A stretch of DNA of 64,000 nucleotides from an uncultured Gemmatimonadales bacterium. Lineage in GTDB: Bacteria; Gemmatimonadota; Gemmatimonadetes; Longimicrobiales; Gaopeijiaceae. The stretch covers positions 384,001-448,000 of the forward strand of contig CAWGKG010000014.1 of the NCBI GenBank assembly GCA_963823035.1. The letters run 5' to 3'. The notes under the pieces were generated by a model. That model ran no database searches. It was given only the letters and a program-made list of their open reading frames with translations, and was not told the origin of the DNA. Position 1 is the stretch's first letter, and each line of letters opens with the position of its first letter. Below are positions 11,186-21,001 of this stretch, one piece after another. Position numbers and translations under genes: made by a program.

Positions 11186-11429
11186 GTTGCCTCCGTGGGG
11201 TCGGGTCACACGATGTCGTCGGACGTAGAATCGTCGTCGAACGCGGACTCCATGCACAGGAAGTGTCCACCGGGGACCTGTCAGTACGATTACACGACGG
11301 GCAGCCTCCGGCGTCGTCCGGGACCGGAGGGCTCGACGCGCCGACGTAAGGCGCTTGAAAGGGAGCGGCTCTACTTTCCTTTCCCGGTACCCGGCTTCAT
11401 CCTCGGCGCAGCACCCGGCAGGAGGACGC

Positions 11430-12098
11430 ATGAAGGTCCTGATCGTCGAAGACGATGACCAGCTGCTCGAAGCCGTACGCGAGGGCCTGGAGGAGGAGGG
11501 CATGCGCGTGGACGCCGCGACGTCGTACCGGGAAGGCATCCTACGCGCTGGCACGGGGGCGCAGGACGTGATCGTCCTCGACGTCATGCTTCCGGGCGGC
11601 ACCGGCGTAGAGCTGTGCCGTCGGCTTCGGAAAGAGGGCAACGAGACTCCGATCCTGTTCCTCACGGCGCTCGGCGCCGAGGACGATCGCATCGAGGGCT
11701 TCCGCTCCGGGGGCGACGACTACCTGACGAAGCCGTTCTCCTTCCGGGAGCTCGTCGCGCGCATCCGCGCGCTGGCCCGTCGGCCCCCCGAGCTGCTCCA
11801 CGCGGTACACCGCGTCGCCGACCTGGAAGTGGACCTGGATGCGCACGCCGCCTCACGAGGAGGGCGCAACCTCTCCCTTACCGCGCAGGAGTGGGCGCTG
11901 CTGGAGTTCTTCGTCCGGCACCAGGACGCGGTGGTCTCCCGAGCCGACATCACGGCCTACGTGTGGGACGACAACCACGACCCGTTCACGAACCTCCTCG
12001 AGGTCCTGGTCTGGCGCCTCCGCAAGAAGGTGGACGGCGACTTCGAGCCGAAGCTCATCCACACCATTCGGGGCGCGGGCTACCGCTTCGGCGCGTGA
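11430..12098 (+). CDS. OmpR-family response regulator
   Basis: VLIVEDD, LDVMLPG, FLTA, DDYLTKPF, IHTIRGAGY. Confidence 0.95.
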   Translation: MKVLIVEDDDQLLEAVREGLEEEGMRVDAATSYREGILRAGTGAQDVIVLDVMLPGGTGVELCRRLRKEGNETPILFLTALGAEDDRIEGFRSGGDDYLTKPFSFRELVARIRALARRPPELLHAVHRVADLEVDLDAHAASRGGRNLSLTAQEWALLEFFVRHQDAVVSRADITAYVWDDNHDPFTNLLEVLVWRLRKKVDGDFEPKLIHTIRGAGYRFGA

Positions 12099-13399
12099 CC
12101 GACGCGTTCCGGTCGATCCGCCTTCGTCTCACCGCGTGGTACGTGGGGATCTTCGCCCTGATCATCCTGCTCTTCGGCACCGCGATCTACGTCGCGGTCA
12201 CGCGCCAGATCGAGCGTGTCCTCGACGCTCAGCTGGTGGCCGCCACGCACGAGATCGAGCGCGCCATGGAGATCCGCGACCAGGAGCGGGGATTGACGGG
12301 TCATCCCGTGGATGCACTCGAGGAGCTTCGCATTCCCGGGAGGGAGCTCTTCGTCTTCGACGAGGACGGTCACTCCCTGGAGACGGGCACTCCTCCCCCC
12401 TACCTCGCCCCGCTCGCGCGCTCCGCCCTTTTCCAGGGCGAGGTCTGGGGGCGGCCCGAGACCCCCCGGGACGTGAGCCTGCGCGTCTACGGGCGGCGCA
12501 TCGTGGCCGGGGGCCAGACGTACGCGGCCCTGGCCGTGGCCAACGCCGTGGAGGTCGAGGAGCAGTATCCCGCGCTGCTCGCCTCCTTCCTCGTCGCGGC
12601 CCTCGGGGCGCTCGTCCTCGTGGCGCTGGGGGGCGCGGCGCTGGCGCGGAAGTCGCTGGTGCCCGTGGAGCGCTCCATGGAACGCATGCGTCGCTTCGTG
12701 GCCGACGCATCCCACGAGCTGCGCACGCCGGCGGCCGTGCTGCGCACGCGGGCCGAGGTGGCGCTGCAGCGCGCGCGCAGCGTCGAGGAATACGCAGAAA
12801 TCGTCGACAAGATGAAGACGGAGGCGGAACACCTGGGCCGCCTGGTCGACGGGCTCCTCCTGCTGGCGGCGGCCGACGAGGATCGCCTCCCTGTGCGGAG
12901 GCAGCCGGTGTTCCTCGACGACCTGCTCGTCCAGGCCTCCGAGGTGGCGCGTCCGCTCGCCGCCGCCAAGGGGATCACGCTCGAGCTCGACGACTTCGAG
13001 GAGGCCCCCGTGGACGCCGACCCCGACCTCACGCGCCAGCTCTTCCTGATCCTCCTGGAGAACGCGGTGAAGTACACACCCTCGCCCGGCACCATCCGGG
13101 CCAGCGTGACCGCCGACGGCACCCGATGCCGCGTCACGGTGCGGGACACGGGGCCGGGGATCGACGCGGAGACGCTCCCGCACGTTTTCGAGCGGTTCTA
13201 CCGGGCCGACCCGGCCAGGAAGCGCGAGGGTGGGAGCGGCCTCGGGCTCGCGATCGCCCGTACGATCGTCGACGCGCACGACGCCCAGATAGAGATGGAG
13301 TCGACGGTGGGCGAGGGAACGACCGTGCGGGTGACCTTCGCGCGCCGCAGCGGGACTCCGGCCGCCGCGCCGCGTACTCGCGCCAGACCAGCGCCATGA
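12095..13399 (+). CDS. Sensor histidine kinase
   Basis: Two TM segments; FVADASHELRTP, ENAVKY, DTGPGI, FERFYR, GSGLGLAI; GTG start overlaps the regulator stop. Confidence 0.93.
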   Translation: MTDAFRSIRLRLTAWYVGIFALIILLFGTAIYVAVTRQIERVLDAQLVAATHEIERAMEIRDQERGLTGHPVDALEELRIPGRELFVFDEDGHSLETGTPPPYLAPLARSALFQGEVWGRPETPRDVSLRVYGRRIVAGGQTYAALAVANAVEVEEQYPALLASFLVAALGALVLVALGGAALARKSLVPVERSMERMRRFVADASHELRTPAAVLRTRAEVALQRARSVEEYAEIVDKMKTEAEHLGRLVDGLLLLAAADEDRLPVRRQPVFLDDLLVQASEVARPLAAAKGITLELDDFEEAPVDADPDLTRQLFLILLENAVKYTPSPGTIRASVTADGTRCRVTVRDTGPGIDAETLPHVFERFYRADPARKREGGSGLGLAIARTIVDAHDAQIEMESTVGEGTTVRVTFARRSGTPAAAPRTRARPAP

Positions 13400-13454
13400 C
13401 GACCCGATCGAGGGAGCACGACCTTCACGACGCCGTGCCGAACTCGCGTCCCCG

Positions 13455-14258
13455 TCACGGAAGGGCGATCCGGTAGCTCACGGCCGCGACGCCAGCCGGC
13501 AGCACCATCACGGACAGCGCGGGTGGACCCGCGCCCGTTCCGCTCGCGCGATGCCCATGGCGCACCACCGCCCGGCTGACGAGCGTACCCAGGGCCGCGC
13601 CCGCCACCACGTCGCTGGTCCAGTGCACGTCGTCGTACACGCGCGCGAAGGCCACCGCGGCAGCCATGCCGTAGAGGGCAACGCCCACCAGGCGCGTGTG
13701 CCCCGGCCAGTGGATCCCGGCTTCCTCGGTGGCCGCGGCGGCCACGGCGAAGGCGACGGTTGTGTGCCCCGACGGAAACGACTGTCGGCTCGACCCCGTG
13801 GGCAGGAGGGGGCCGTGGAAGAACGTGCCCGGGTCATCGGGCGAGGCGTAGGGGCGGGCGCGGTGGACGGCCACCTTCAGCGCGAGCCCGAGCACGGCGG
13901 CCGCCATGGTCCCCTCGCCCGTGTGCCACACGGCGTCGGCGAGCCCGGGCCGGTGGAGAAGCTCCGCCACGCCGAACAGGCCGCCACCGACCACGAGCGG
14001 CGCCCACGCTCCCCACGGCGTCGCCAGCTCGGTGCCCCGGCGCAGCACCGTGCTCTCCTGCCTTTGTGCGCCCTGGATCCACGACCGGACGCGCTCGTCC
14101 AGCGGGAGGGAAGCGGCCACGGCCGCTGCCGATATCGCGACCGCCGTCCAGCTCGTCCCGCCGGATTGCTCTTCCGAGGCGGGTGGGGTCTGGGCACCGA
14201 CTCCGCCGGGAGCGAGCACCCAGACCAGAACCGCGGTCCACGACGCGAGCCCCCTCAC
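13455..14258 (-). CDS. PAP2 family phosphatase
   Basis: KVAVHRARP, SFPSGH, ARVYDDVHWTSDV. Confidence 0.9.
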   Translation of the reverse strand: MRGLASWTAVLVWVLAPGGVGAQTPPASEEQSGGTSWTAVAISAAAVAASLPLDERVRSWIQGAQRQESTVLRRGTELATPWGAWAPLVVGGGLFGVAELLHRPGLADAVWHTGEGTMAAAVLGLALKVAVHRARPYASPDDPGTFFHGPLLPTGSSRQSFPSGHTTVAFAVAAAATEEAGIHWPGHTRLVGVALYGMAAAVAFARVYDDVHWTSDVVAGAALGTLVSRAVVRHGHRASGTGAGPPALSVMVLPAGVAAVSYRIALP

Positions 14259-14286
14259 CGAGACCGCGCCCGACGACGACCTGCCG

Positions 14287-15346
14287 CTATGCGCCGCTCC
14301 CGTACACCAGCACCCGGAACGAGCCCGGGACCATCGGGGGGCGCTGCGGCCGCCCCATGGAGTCGGCCGGAGGCGTCTCCCCGAAGTCGGCCGCGGACAG
14401 GTAGATCCGGTGCGTGGTCGGGTCCAGCGTCATGGTGCGCGCCGACCGTGCCGTCGTCGAGCGTCTGGACCACCGTGAGCTGCGAGGGTGCGTCCTCGTG
14501 CGCGATCGTGACCGTGCCGTCTCCGCCGTTGGAGCTGAAGGCGAGCTGCGTGGCCGGATCGAAGCGGGCCGCGTCCGGGCCCTCGCCGATGGTCACCGTG
14601 TCCACCACCTCGCCCGTCTGGCTGTTCACCATGACCATCATGCCGTTGTCGCACACGGCGAAGAGCCGATGGTGCTCCAGGTCGATCGCCAGTCCCGATG
14701 CGGCCTCGCCGGGCGCGATCGGCCAGTTGGCCACCACCTGGTGCGTCGTCGGATCGATGACCGCGATCTCGTTCTGGTCCTCGATGTTGTTGTAGATCCG
14801 ATTGGCGCCCGGATCCCAGACCGCGAACTCGGGCTTGCCCGTCAGCGGGATCGTCGCCACCACCTGGCCGGTCGCCGCGGCGATCACCGTGGCCGAGTGA
14901 CCACGCCCGTTGAAGGCGTAGACCTCCTGCAGCTCGGGCACGTAGAGGATGCCGTCCGGGTTGTCGCCCGTCTCCACCCGTGAGAGCACGGTGAGCGTCG
15001 CCAGGTCCACCACCGCGACCTCGTTCGTGCGTCCGTCGCTCGCGAAGCCGCGACCGAGGTCCTGGGCCACCGCGAAACCGTGAACGCCGGGGAGGTCGGG
15101 TATCTCGCCGACCACCGAGTTCGTGTCCATGTCGATGACGACCACGCGCGTACCGTTCGTCACGTACAGGCGCCGCGCGACCGGGTCCTCCGACAGGTAG
15201 TCCCAGAAGCCCGCGTCACCTCCGACGGCGATCTCCGCGACCGGGTGGTAGGTCGGGACCGCCTGCGTGGTGCGGTCCGCGGGGGATCCACACGCGCCTG
15301 CGGCCAGCAGGGCGAAAAGGGCCGGGCACATCCGTGCGCGATTCAT
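14287..15346 (-). CDS. YncE/YVTN beta-propeller lipoprotein; frameshift near 14455
   Basis: AAGAC lipobox; GFWDYL..RRLYV, GVHGFAV, TGDNPDGI, GKPEFAV, GEGPDAARFD; C-terminus RTMTLDPTTHRIYL in another frame. Confidence 0.85.
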
Positions 15347-18300
15347 GACGTCATCTCCGAGGGAGTGGACGACCTCCCTCCCCCGTGGCGCTGGAGGAGG
15401 AAGTAGAGGGTGGGCGTGGCCAGGAGGGAGAGGAGCACCGAAATGGCCAGCGCGCCGATGACCGCGATGGCCAGCGGCCTGAGCATGTCGGAGCCGGAGC
15501 CGATCCCCCACGCGAGCGGGAGCATGCCGAGCGCCGCCGCCAGCGAGGTCATCAGCACGGGACGCAGACGCCTGCGTCCGGAGCGAACCAGTGCCTCTTC
15601 GAGATCGAGGCCTTCGGCCCTCAGGTGCCCGACGAAGTCCAGCATCAGGATCCCGTTCTTGGCGACGATGCCGATGCCGATGATCGCCCCCAGGAACGAG
15701 ACCACGTTGAACGACGTTCCGGTGAGCCAGAGCGCGAGCACGGTGCCGAAGAGCGCGAGCACGGCGCCGAAGACGATCGACAGCGGCTCGTAGAATGACC
15801 CGAACTCCAGCAGGAGGACGGTGAACACGAGCGTGATCGCCATGAGGAGCACGAACACCAGGTTCCGGAACGACTCGCGCTGCTGCTGGTAGAGCCCGCC
15901 GTACTCCACCGTGCCGGGAGGAAGCGAAGCGTCGGCGCCCAGCGTCTGGCGGATCTCCGCCATCGCGCTCCCCATGTCCCGCCCCTCGAGGCGGGCCGTG
16001 ACCGCCACGTCCTGTCGTCCGTCCTCGCGGCGCAGCTCGAGCTGGCCGGGCTCCTGCGCGACGTCCACGACCTGGGACAGCTTCACCAGGGCTCCGGTCG
16101 GCGTGCGGATCGGCAGGTCCTCGACCTGGCTCATCTCGAGCAGGCGCGTGGAGTCGACCTTGACGCGCACCTCCACCACGCGGTCGCCCTCGAGCACGGA
16201 CGAGGCGGTCCGACCCAGCATGGCGGTGTTCACCGCGCCGGCCACGTCGTCCGCCGTGAGGCCGAAGCGGCGGGCTTCCGCCTGCCGCGTGCGCAGGCTG
16301 ATCGTGGGGCCGGTGTAGACCAGCCCGTCGAAGACGTCCACGACGCCGGGCATCTGCTCGAGGCGCGCGGCCACCTCGGGCGCGTGTGCCTCCAGCCAGG
16401 CCTGATCGGTGGAGTACAGCTTCACCTCGATGGGGCTCGGCGCCCACATGAGGTCCCCGATGAGATCGCCGAGGATGCCCGGGAACTCCCACTCCACGCC
16501 GGGAATCTCCGTGTTGAAGCGCCGGCGCAGCTCGGCGATGACGTCGTCGGTGGAGCGCTGCCGGCCCGTGCGCAACTTGACCAGGAAATCACCGGTGTTG
16601 GGTTCGGCGATCGCCAGCGCGAGGCGCGCGCCGGTGCGGCGCGAGTAGCTCTCCACCTCGGGCACCGTCCCCAGGATCGCCTCCGCGCCCAGGAGCTGGC
16701 GGTTCGTCTCCGCCAGGCTCGTGCCGGGGGGCGTGAAGTAGTCGATGACGAAGCCGCCCTCGTCCATCGGCGGCAGGAACTCGCTGTCGAGCTGGCGATA
16801 GACGCCGATCCCCACGAGCAGCACCACGGCGCACGCGCCCAGCGTCCACCACGGGTGGTGCAGCGCCGGGCGCACCGCCTCCTCGTAGAGGTCGACGACC
16901 CTGCGCAGGACGGGGCCCGCCTGCGTGTGCGCCGGTCCCGTCTCGTCGCCGTGGCCGCGGCGTATCAGCCACCCGGCCAGCGAGGGCGTGAGCGTCACGG
17001 CCAGCACCAGCGAGGTGAGCAGCGACACCACCATGGTCATGGCCAGCGCGCGGAAGAACACGCCGGTGATGCCGTCCAGGAAGGCCAGCGGGATGAAGAC
17101 CACCACGGGCGTGAGGGTGGAGCCGATCAGCGGCCTGAAGATCTCCGTGATGCCGGCCTCCACGGCCTGGCGACGGCTCATCCCCTCCATGAGGCGGGTG
17201 TGGATGGCCTCGACCACGACGATCGCGTCGTCGATCACGAGCCCCACGGCCGCCGCGATGCCCCCCAGCGTCATGAGGTTGAAGGTCAGCCCCGTAAGGC
17301 GCATGGCGACCAGCGTGATCAGGATCGTCACCGGAATGACGGTCGTGGCCACGAGCGTCGTCCCCCAGTTCTTCAGGAAGAAGAAGAGGATCACGACCGA
17401 GAGGATCAGCCCGAAGAGGATCGCCTCCCACACGCTGTGCACGGACGCGCGCACGATCTCGGACTGGTCATAGAAGAACGCGAGCTTCATGTCGGGCGGA
17501 AGCTCGCCCTCGAGCTGGGCGATCTGCGCGCGCAGCGCATCCGCGATCTTGAGCGTGCTCCCGTCGGGCTGGCTGCGCACGTTGAGCAGCACGGCGGGGT
17601 GACCGTCCGCGGTCACGATGTTGAAGACCGGCTCGGGACCCCGCTGCACGCGGGCGAAGTCGCCGATGCGCACGGGATGCCCGTCCGGCGCGGTGACCAC
17701 GAAGTCCCGGATGTCCGCGAGGGAGTGGGCCCGGCCGTCCACGACCGTGAGGTAGAGCGTGTGGCTCTCTTCGTGCATCCCCGCGGAGGCCACCAGGTTG
17801 TTGCGCTCCATCGCGTCGGTGACGTCGGCGAGGCTGAGGTGCGCACCCTCCAGGAGGAGCGGGTCCACCACCACCTGGTACTCGGGCGCCTTCCCGCCCA
17901 CCAGGTCCACGCGGGCCACACCGGGGATCTGGAGGAAGCGCAGCTTGAGGTCGTAGCGCGCCTCCTCCCACAGCTCGGTGATGTCCCGCGTGTCGCTGGT
18001 GAGGCTGACGCCGACGATCGGGAAGGCGGCGAAGGTCAAGCGGTAGACCGTGGTCTCGGCGGTGGCGGGGAGCTGGCTCCTGATCTGGCCCAACCGGCTC
18101 AGCACGTAGAGCTCGGACTGGACCATGTCCACCTGCCACGTGAAGAACACGTTGATCTCGGCGGAGCCGCGACCCGTGGCGGACTTCACGGTGACGGTCC
18201 CCGGGATGTCCTTCATCGACTCCTCGATGGGGCGCGTGATACGCGCCATCATCTCGTCGCCGGGCATGACGCCGTTGTCGACCAGGATCACCACGCGGGG

Positions 18301-18423
18301 GAAGTCCGTCTGCGGGAAGACGGACGACGAGATGCTCGTCGCGGCGTAGACGCCCCCGAGACACAGCGCCGCGCTGATGAAGGTGATGGACAGCGCCTGC
18401 TTGTTGGCGAAGCGACCCAGCAT
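15343..18423 (-). CDS. RND efflux permease
   Basis: 1026 aa; GLVIDDAIVVVE, GIVAKNGILM, RLRPVLMTS. Confidence 0.95.
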   Translation of the reverse strand: MLGRFANKQALSITFISAALCLGGVYAATSISSSVFPQTDFPRVVILVDNGVMPGDEMMARITRPIEESMKDIPGTVTVKSATGRGSAEINVFFTWQVDMVQSELYVLSRLGQIRSQLPATAETTVYRLTFAAFPIVGVSLTSDTRDITELWEEARYDLKLRFLQIPGVARVDLVGGKAPEYQVVVDPLLLEGAHLSLADVTDAMERNNLVASAGMHEESHTLYLTVVDGRAHSLADIRDFVVTAPDGHPVRIGDFARVQRGPEPVFNIVTADGHPAVLLNVRSQPDGSTLKIADALRAQIAQLEGELPPDMKLAFFYDQSEIVRASVHSVWEAILFGLILSVVILFFFLKNWGTTLVATTVIPVTILITLVAMRLTGLTFNLMTLGGIAAAVGLVIDDAIVVVEAIHTRLMEGMSRRQAVEAGITEIFRPLIGSTLTPVVVFIPLAFLDGITGVFFRALAMTMVVSLLTSLVLAVTLTPSLAGWLIRRGHGDETGPAHTQAGPVLRRVVDLYEEAVRPALHHPWWTLGACAVVLLVGIGVYRQLDSEFLPPMDEGGFVIDYFTPPGTSLAETNRQLLGAEAILGTVPEVESYSRRTGARLALAIAEPNTGDFLVKLRTGRQRSTDDVIAELRRRFNTEIPGVEWEFPGILGDLIGDLMWAPSPIEVKLYSTDQAWLEAHAPEVAARLEQMPGVVDVFDGLVYTGPTISLRTRQAEARRFGLTADDVAGAVNTAMLGRTASSVLEGDRVVEVRVKVDSTRLLEMSQVEDLPIRTPTGALVKLSQVVDVAQEPGQLELRREDGRQDVAVTARLEGRDMGSAMAEIRQTLGADASLPPGTVEYGGLYQQQRESFRNLVFVLLMAITLVFTVLLLEFGSFYEPLSIVFGAVLALFGTVLALWLTGTSFNVVSFLGAIIGIGIVAKNGILMLDFVGHLRAEGLDLEEALVRSGRRRLRPVLMTSLAAALGMLPLAWGIGSGSDMLRPLAIAVIGALAISVLLSLLATPTLYFLLQRHGGGRSSTPSEMTS

Positions 18424-18424
18424 G

Positions 18425-19486
18425 TCAGCCGCCCACCACGCGAACGGCCGTTTCCTCGGGCAGCCCGTACGCCTCGTCGGTGACCACGCGCACGCCCTCT
18501 TCCACGCCCTCGCCGGACACCTCCGCCAGGCCGTCGCCGCGCAGCCCGACCGTGACGGAACGGCGCACCGCGCGATCGCCCTCCACCACCACGATCCACG
18601 TCCCCTCGTCGGGACGGGTCACCACGCTTCCCTGGGGCACGGCCAGCACGCCCTCGTGCTCCTCGGCCACGATGCGAATCTCGGTGAACTGCCCCGGCAT
18701 GAAGCCCGTCCCGGCCGGCACGGTGGCCTGGACGCGGTAGGTTCCGGTGGCCGGATCCACATCCCTGCCCAGGACCAGCACGACGCCCTCCGCGACGGAA
18801 TCGCCGACGCCGAGGAGCACGCGCTGTCCGACCGCCACGCCACCGATCTCCCGGGCGGGCACGCCCGCCGTCACGACCAGACGGTCCAGGTCCACGACCT
18901 GGGCGAGCACCGTGGTGGCGTCCACGTGTTGGCCCACCGCGGCGCTCAGGCGCAGCACGATCCCGGACAACGGCGAGGCGATGTTCAGGTAGGACAGGGC
19001 GGTCTCGGCGGAGGCCAGGTCCGCCCGAGCGGCGTCACGCCGCGCCCGGGCGTCCAGGAACGCCCTCTGCGAGGTGCCGTCGGAGCCCATGAGCGCCTCC
19101 TGCCGGCGGAACGCGCTGTCCGCCACCTCGGCCTCCGAGCGGGCCCGGTCCACGGCCACCTGCGCCATGCGGCTGTCGAGGCGGACGAGCACCCTGCCCT
19201 TCTCGACCCGCCGCCCCTCGACCACGTCGACCCCGTCCACGACGCCGTCCACGAAGGGCGTGATCAGCGCCCCGGCCGAGGCCCTGCCGTCCAGCGCGGG
19301 CGCCGGCTCCACGGTGCCGTAGGCCGTGACCGTGCGCCGGAGCGTGGCGCGCCGGATCGGCTGCACGTGCACCGCCACGTTGGGCGTCACCTCGACCTCT
19401 TCCGCTCCTCCGCGCCTCAGCCATGCGATCACGATCACCACGACCACGGCGAGGGCCAGGGCGCCCAGGGTCTGTCGTCGGCTCAT
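18425..19486 (-). CDS. RND periplasmic adaptor (membrane fusion protein)
   Basis: N-terminal TM, lipoyl-like VVEGRRVEKG, IASPLSGIV, PGQFTEIRI; adjacent to the RND permease. Confidence 0.92.
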   Translation of the reverse strand: MSRRQTLGALALAVVVVIVIAWLRRGGAEEVEVTPNVAVHVQPIRRATLRRTVTAYGTVEPAPALDGRASAGALITPFVDGVVDGVDVVEGRRVEKGRVLVRLDSRMAQVAVDRARSEAEVADSAFRRQEALMGSDGTSQRAFLDARARRDAARADLASAETALSYLNIASPLSGIVLRLSAAVGQHVDATTVLAQVVDLDRLVVTAGVPAREIGGVAVGQRVLLGVGDSVAEGVVLVLGRDVDPATGTYRVQATVPAGTGFMPGQFTEIRIVAEEHEGVLAVPQGSVVTRPDEGTWIVVVEGDRAVRRSVTVGLRGDGLAEVSGEGVEEGVRVVTDEAYGLPEETAVRVVGG

Positions 19487-20900
19487 CGTCGCGCGTCCTC
19501 ATGCGATCCGGGGGTGCGTTGCGGGGGCTCGAGGGCCCACGCCTCCATGTCCAGCGGCGCCTGCATGGCGTCCTCGAGCGCGCCGACGGCCCGCTGCGCC
19601 CTGGAGAGGGCGTCCAGACGCGTCAGCGCGGTCACGACCGCCTCCGCCTGGAGCCCCAGAAGGTCGAGGCGCGAGATCTCCCCGACGTCGTAGGCGTTCC
19701 GGGCCGTGGCCTCCTGTCGTCCGAGGGCGGACAGCAGGGTGTCCGCCTCCTGCACCTGCGTCGCTGCGGCGCGGGCCGACGCCACCGCGCCCTCGACCTC
19801 GCCCAGCACCCTGGACTGGAGGGCCAGGAAGCGGGCTGCAGCCTCCTCGCGACGCGCCGCGGCTTCGGCGATCGGGCCCGCGATTGCGGTTCAGGAAGGG
19901 AAGCGCCAGGGAGAGTGACAGCGTCCACTTGGTGTCCGTCTGGTCCAACTGGTAGCCCGGCCCGAGGCTGATGTCGGGGTACTGCTTGCGGACCTCGAGC
20001 TGGAGCGCCTTCTGGCTGGCCTCGTACGCCGCGAGCGAAGCCAGCACGTCGGAGCGGTGCAGGAGGGCGCGGCGGCGCGTCTCCGCTTCGGGAACGGCGA
20101 CGGCCACCCGGCCGAGCTCGTCGAAGTCGAGCACGATCGCCTCGAGCGCCGCGGGCGGCACGCCCACGGCGTCCGCGAGCTCGCTGCGGGCGCGCGTGGC
20201 CGCCTGGGCGGCGTCGAGGGCCGCCACCCGGCTCGGCGGCGAGCGCCACCCGAGCCTGCGTGACGTCGATGGGCGAGGCTTCGCCCGCGGCCCGCTGGGC
20301 CTCCAGGATCCTGACCGTCTCGGTCCGGATCTCCCGCTGACGAGCCAGCAACGAGTCCGTCCGGCGAGCCACATACAGGGCGAGGAAGGCCTCGCGCACC
20401 CGTCCGCGCACCCCCCAGGCGGCCGTGAGCAGGTCGAGGCGTGCCGCCTCGGAGCGCTGGCTCGCCTCGGCGATACGGATGCCCCGCTTGCCCGCCACGT
20501 CGATCGGCAGCTCGAGCACGGCCTCGGGGATCCAGGGCGTGACCTCGTCGCGCGGGGTCGTCGCGTTGTAGCCGATCCCCACGGTCTCGGTCGGGTTGGC
20601 GCGTCCGCCGGCCGTGAGCACGCCGCCGCGCGCCACGGCCCACTGGGCGCGCGCGACGTCGAGCGCCGGGGAGTAGTAGAACGCGGCCAACGTCAGCGTC
20701 TGGAGGTCCCACCGCTCCGGGGGCCAGGCGGGAGCTTCCCCGCGGGCCGAGAGGAAGCTGCCCAGCTCCGGCGCGGCGAGTCTCCTCGCCTCGAAGTCCT
20801 CGAGGCTCTGCTCGGGGACGAGCGGCTGCGCGTGAAAGCGGACGCACCCGGCGACCAGGATCACCGCGATCCCGGCGCAGGCACTCGGCAGACGGCTCAT
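19483..20900 (-). CDS. TolC family outer-membrane efflux lipoprotein; frameshifts near 20230 and 19880
   Basis: LVAGC lipobox; LTLAAFYYSPALDVARA, LEVRKQYPDISLGPGY, ALEDAMQAPL across ORFs 19632, 19499 and 19483. Confidence 0.87.
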
Positions 20901-21001
20901 CGATCCCACAGGTAGCCCCAAGTGGATTCCTTCGTCAGAGAGGCGGAAGGTACGCGCGCGGACCTTTCAGGAAGATCAACCGGCCCGTCGGCAGGTCAGG
21001 C

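Noticed and set aside
11252..11271. Sigma54 promoter for the PepSY gene (TGGACACTTCCTGTGCA, minus strand)
   Set aside because: GG-GC spacing is 11, not 10; it would fit only if an indel error is assumed
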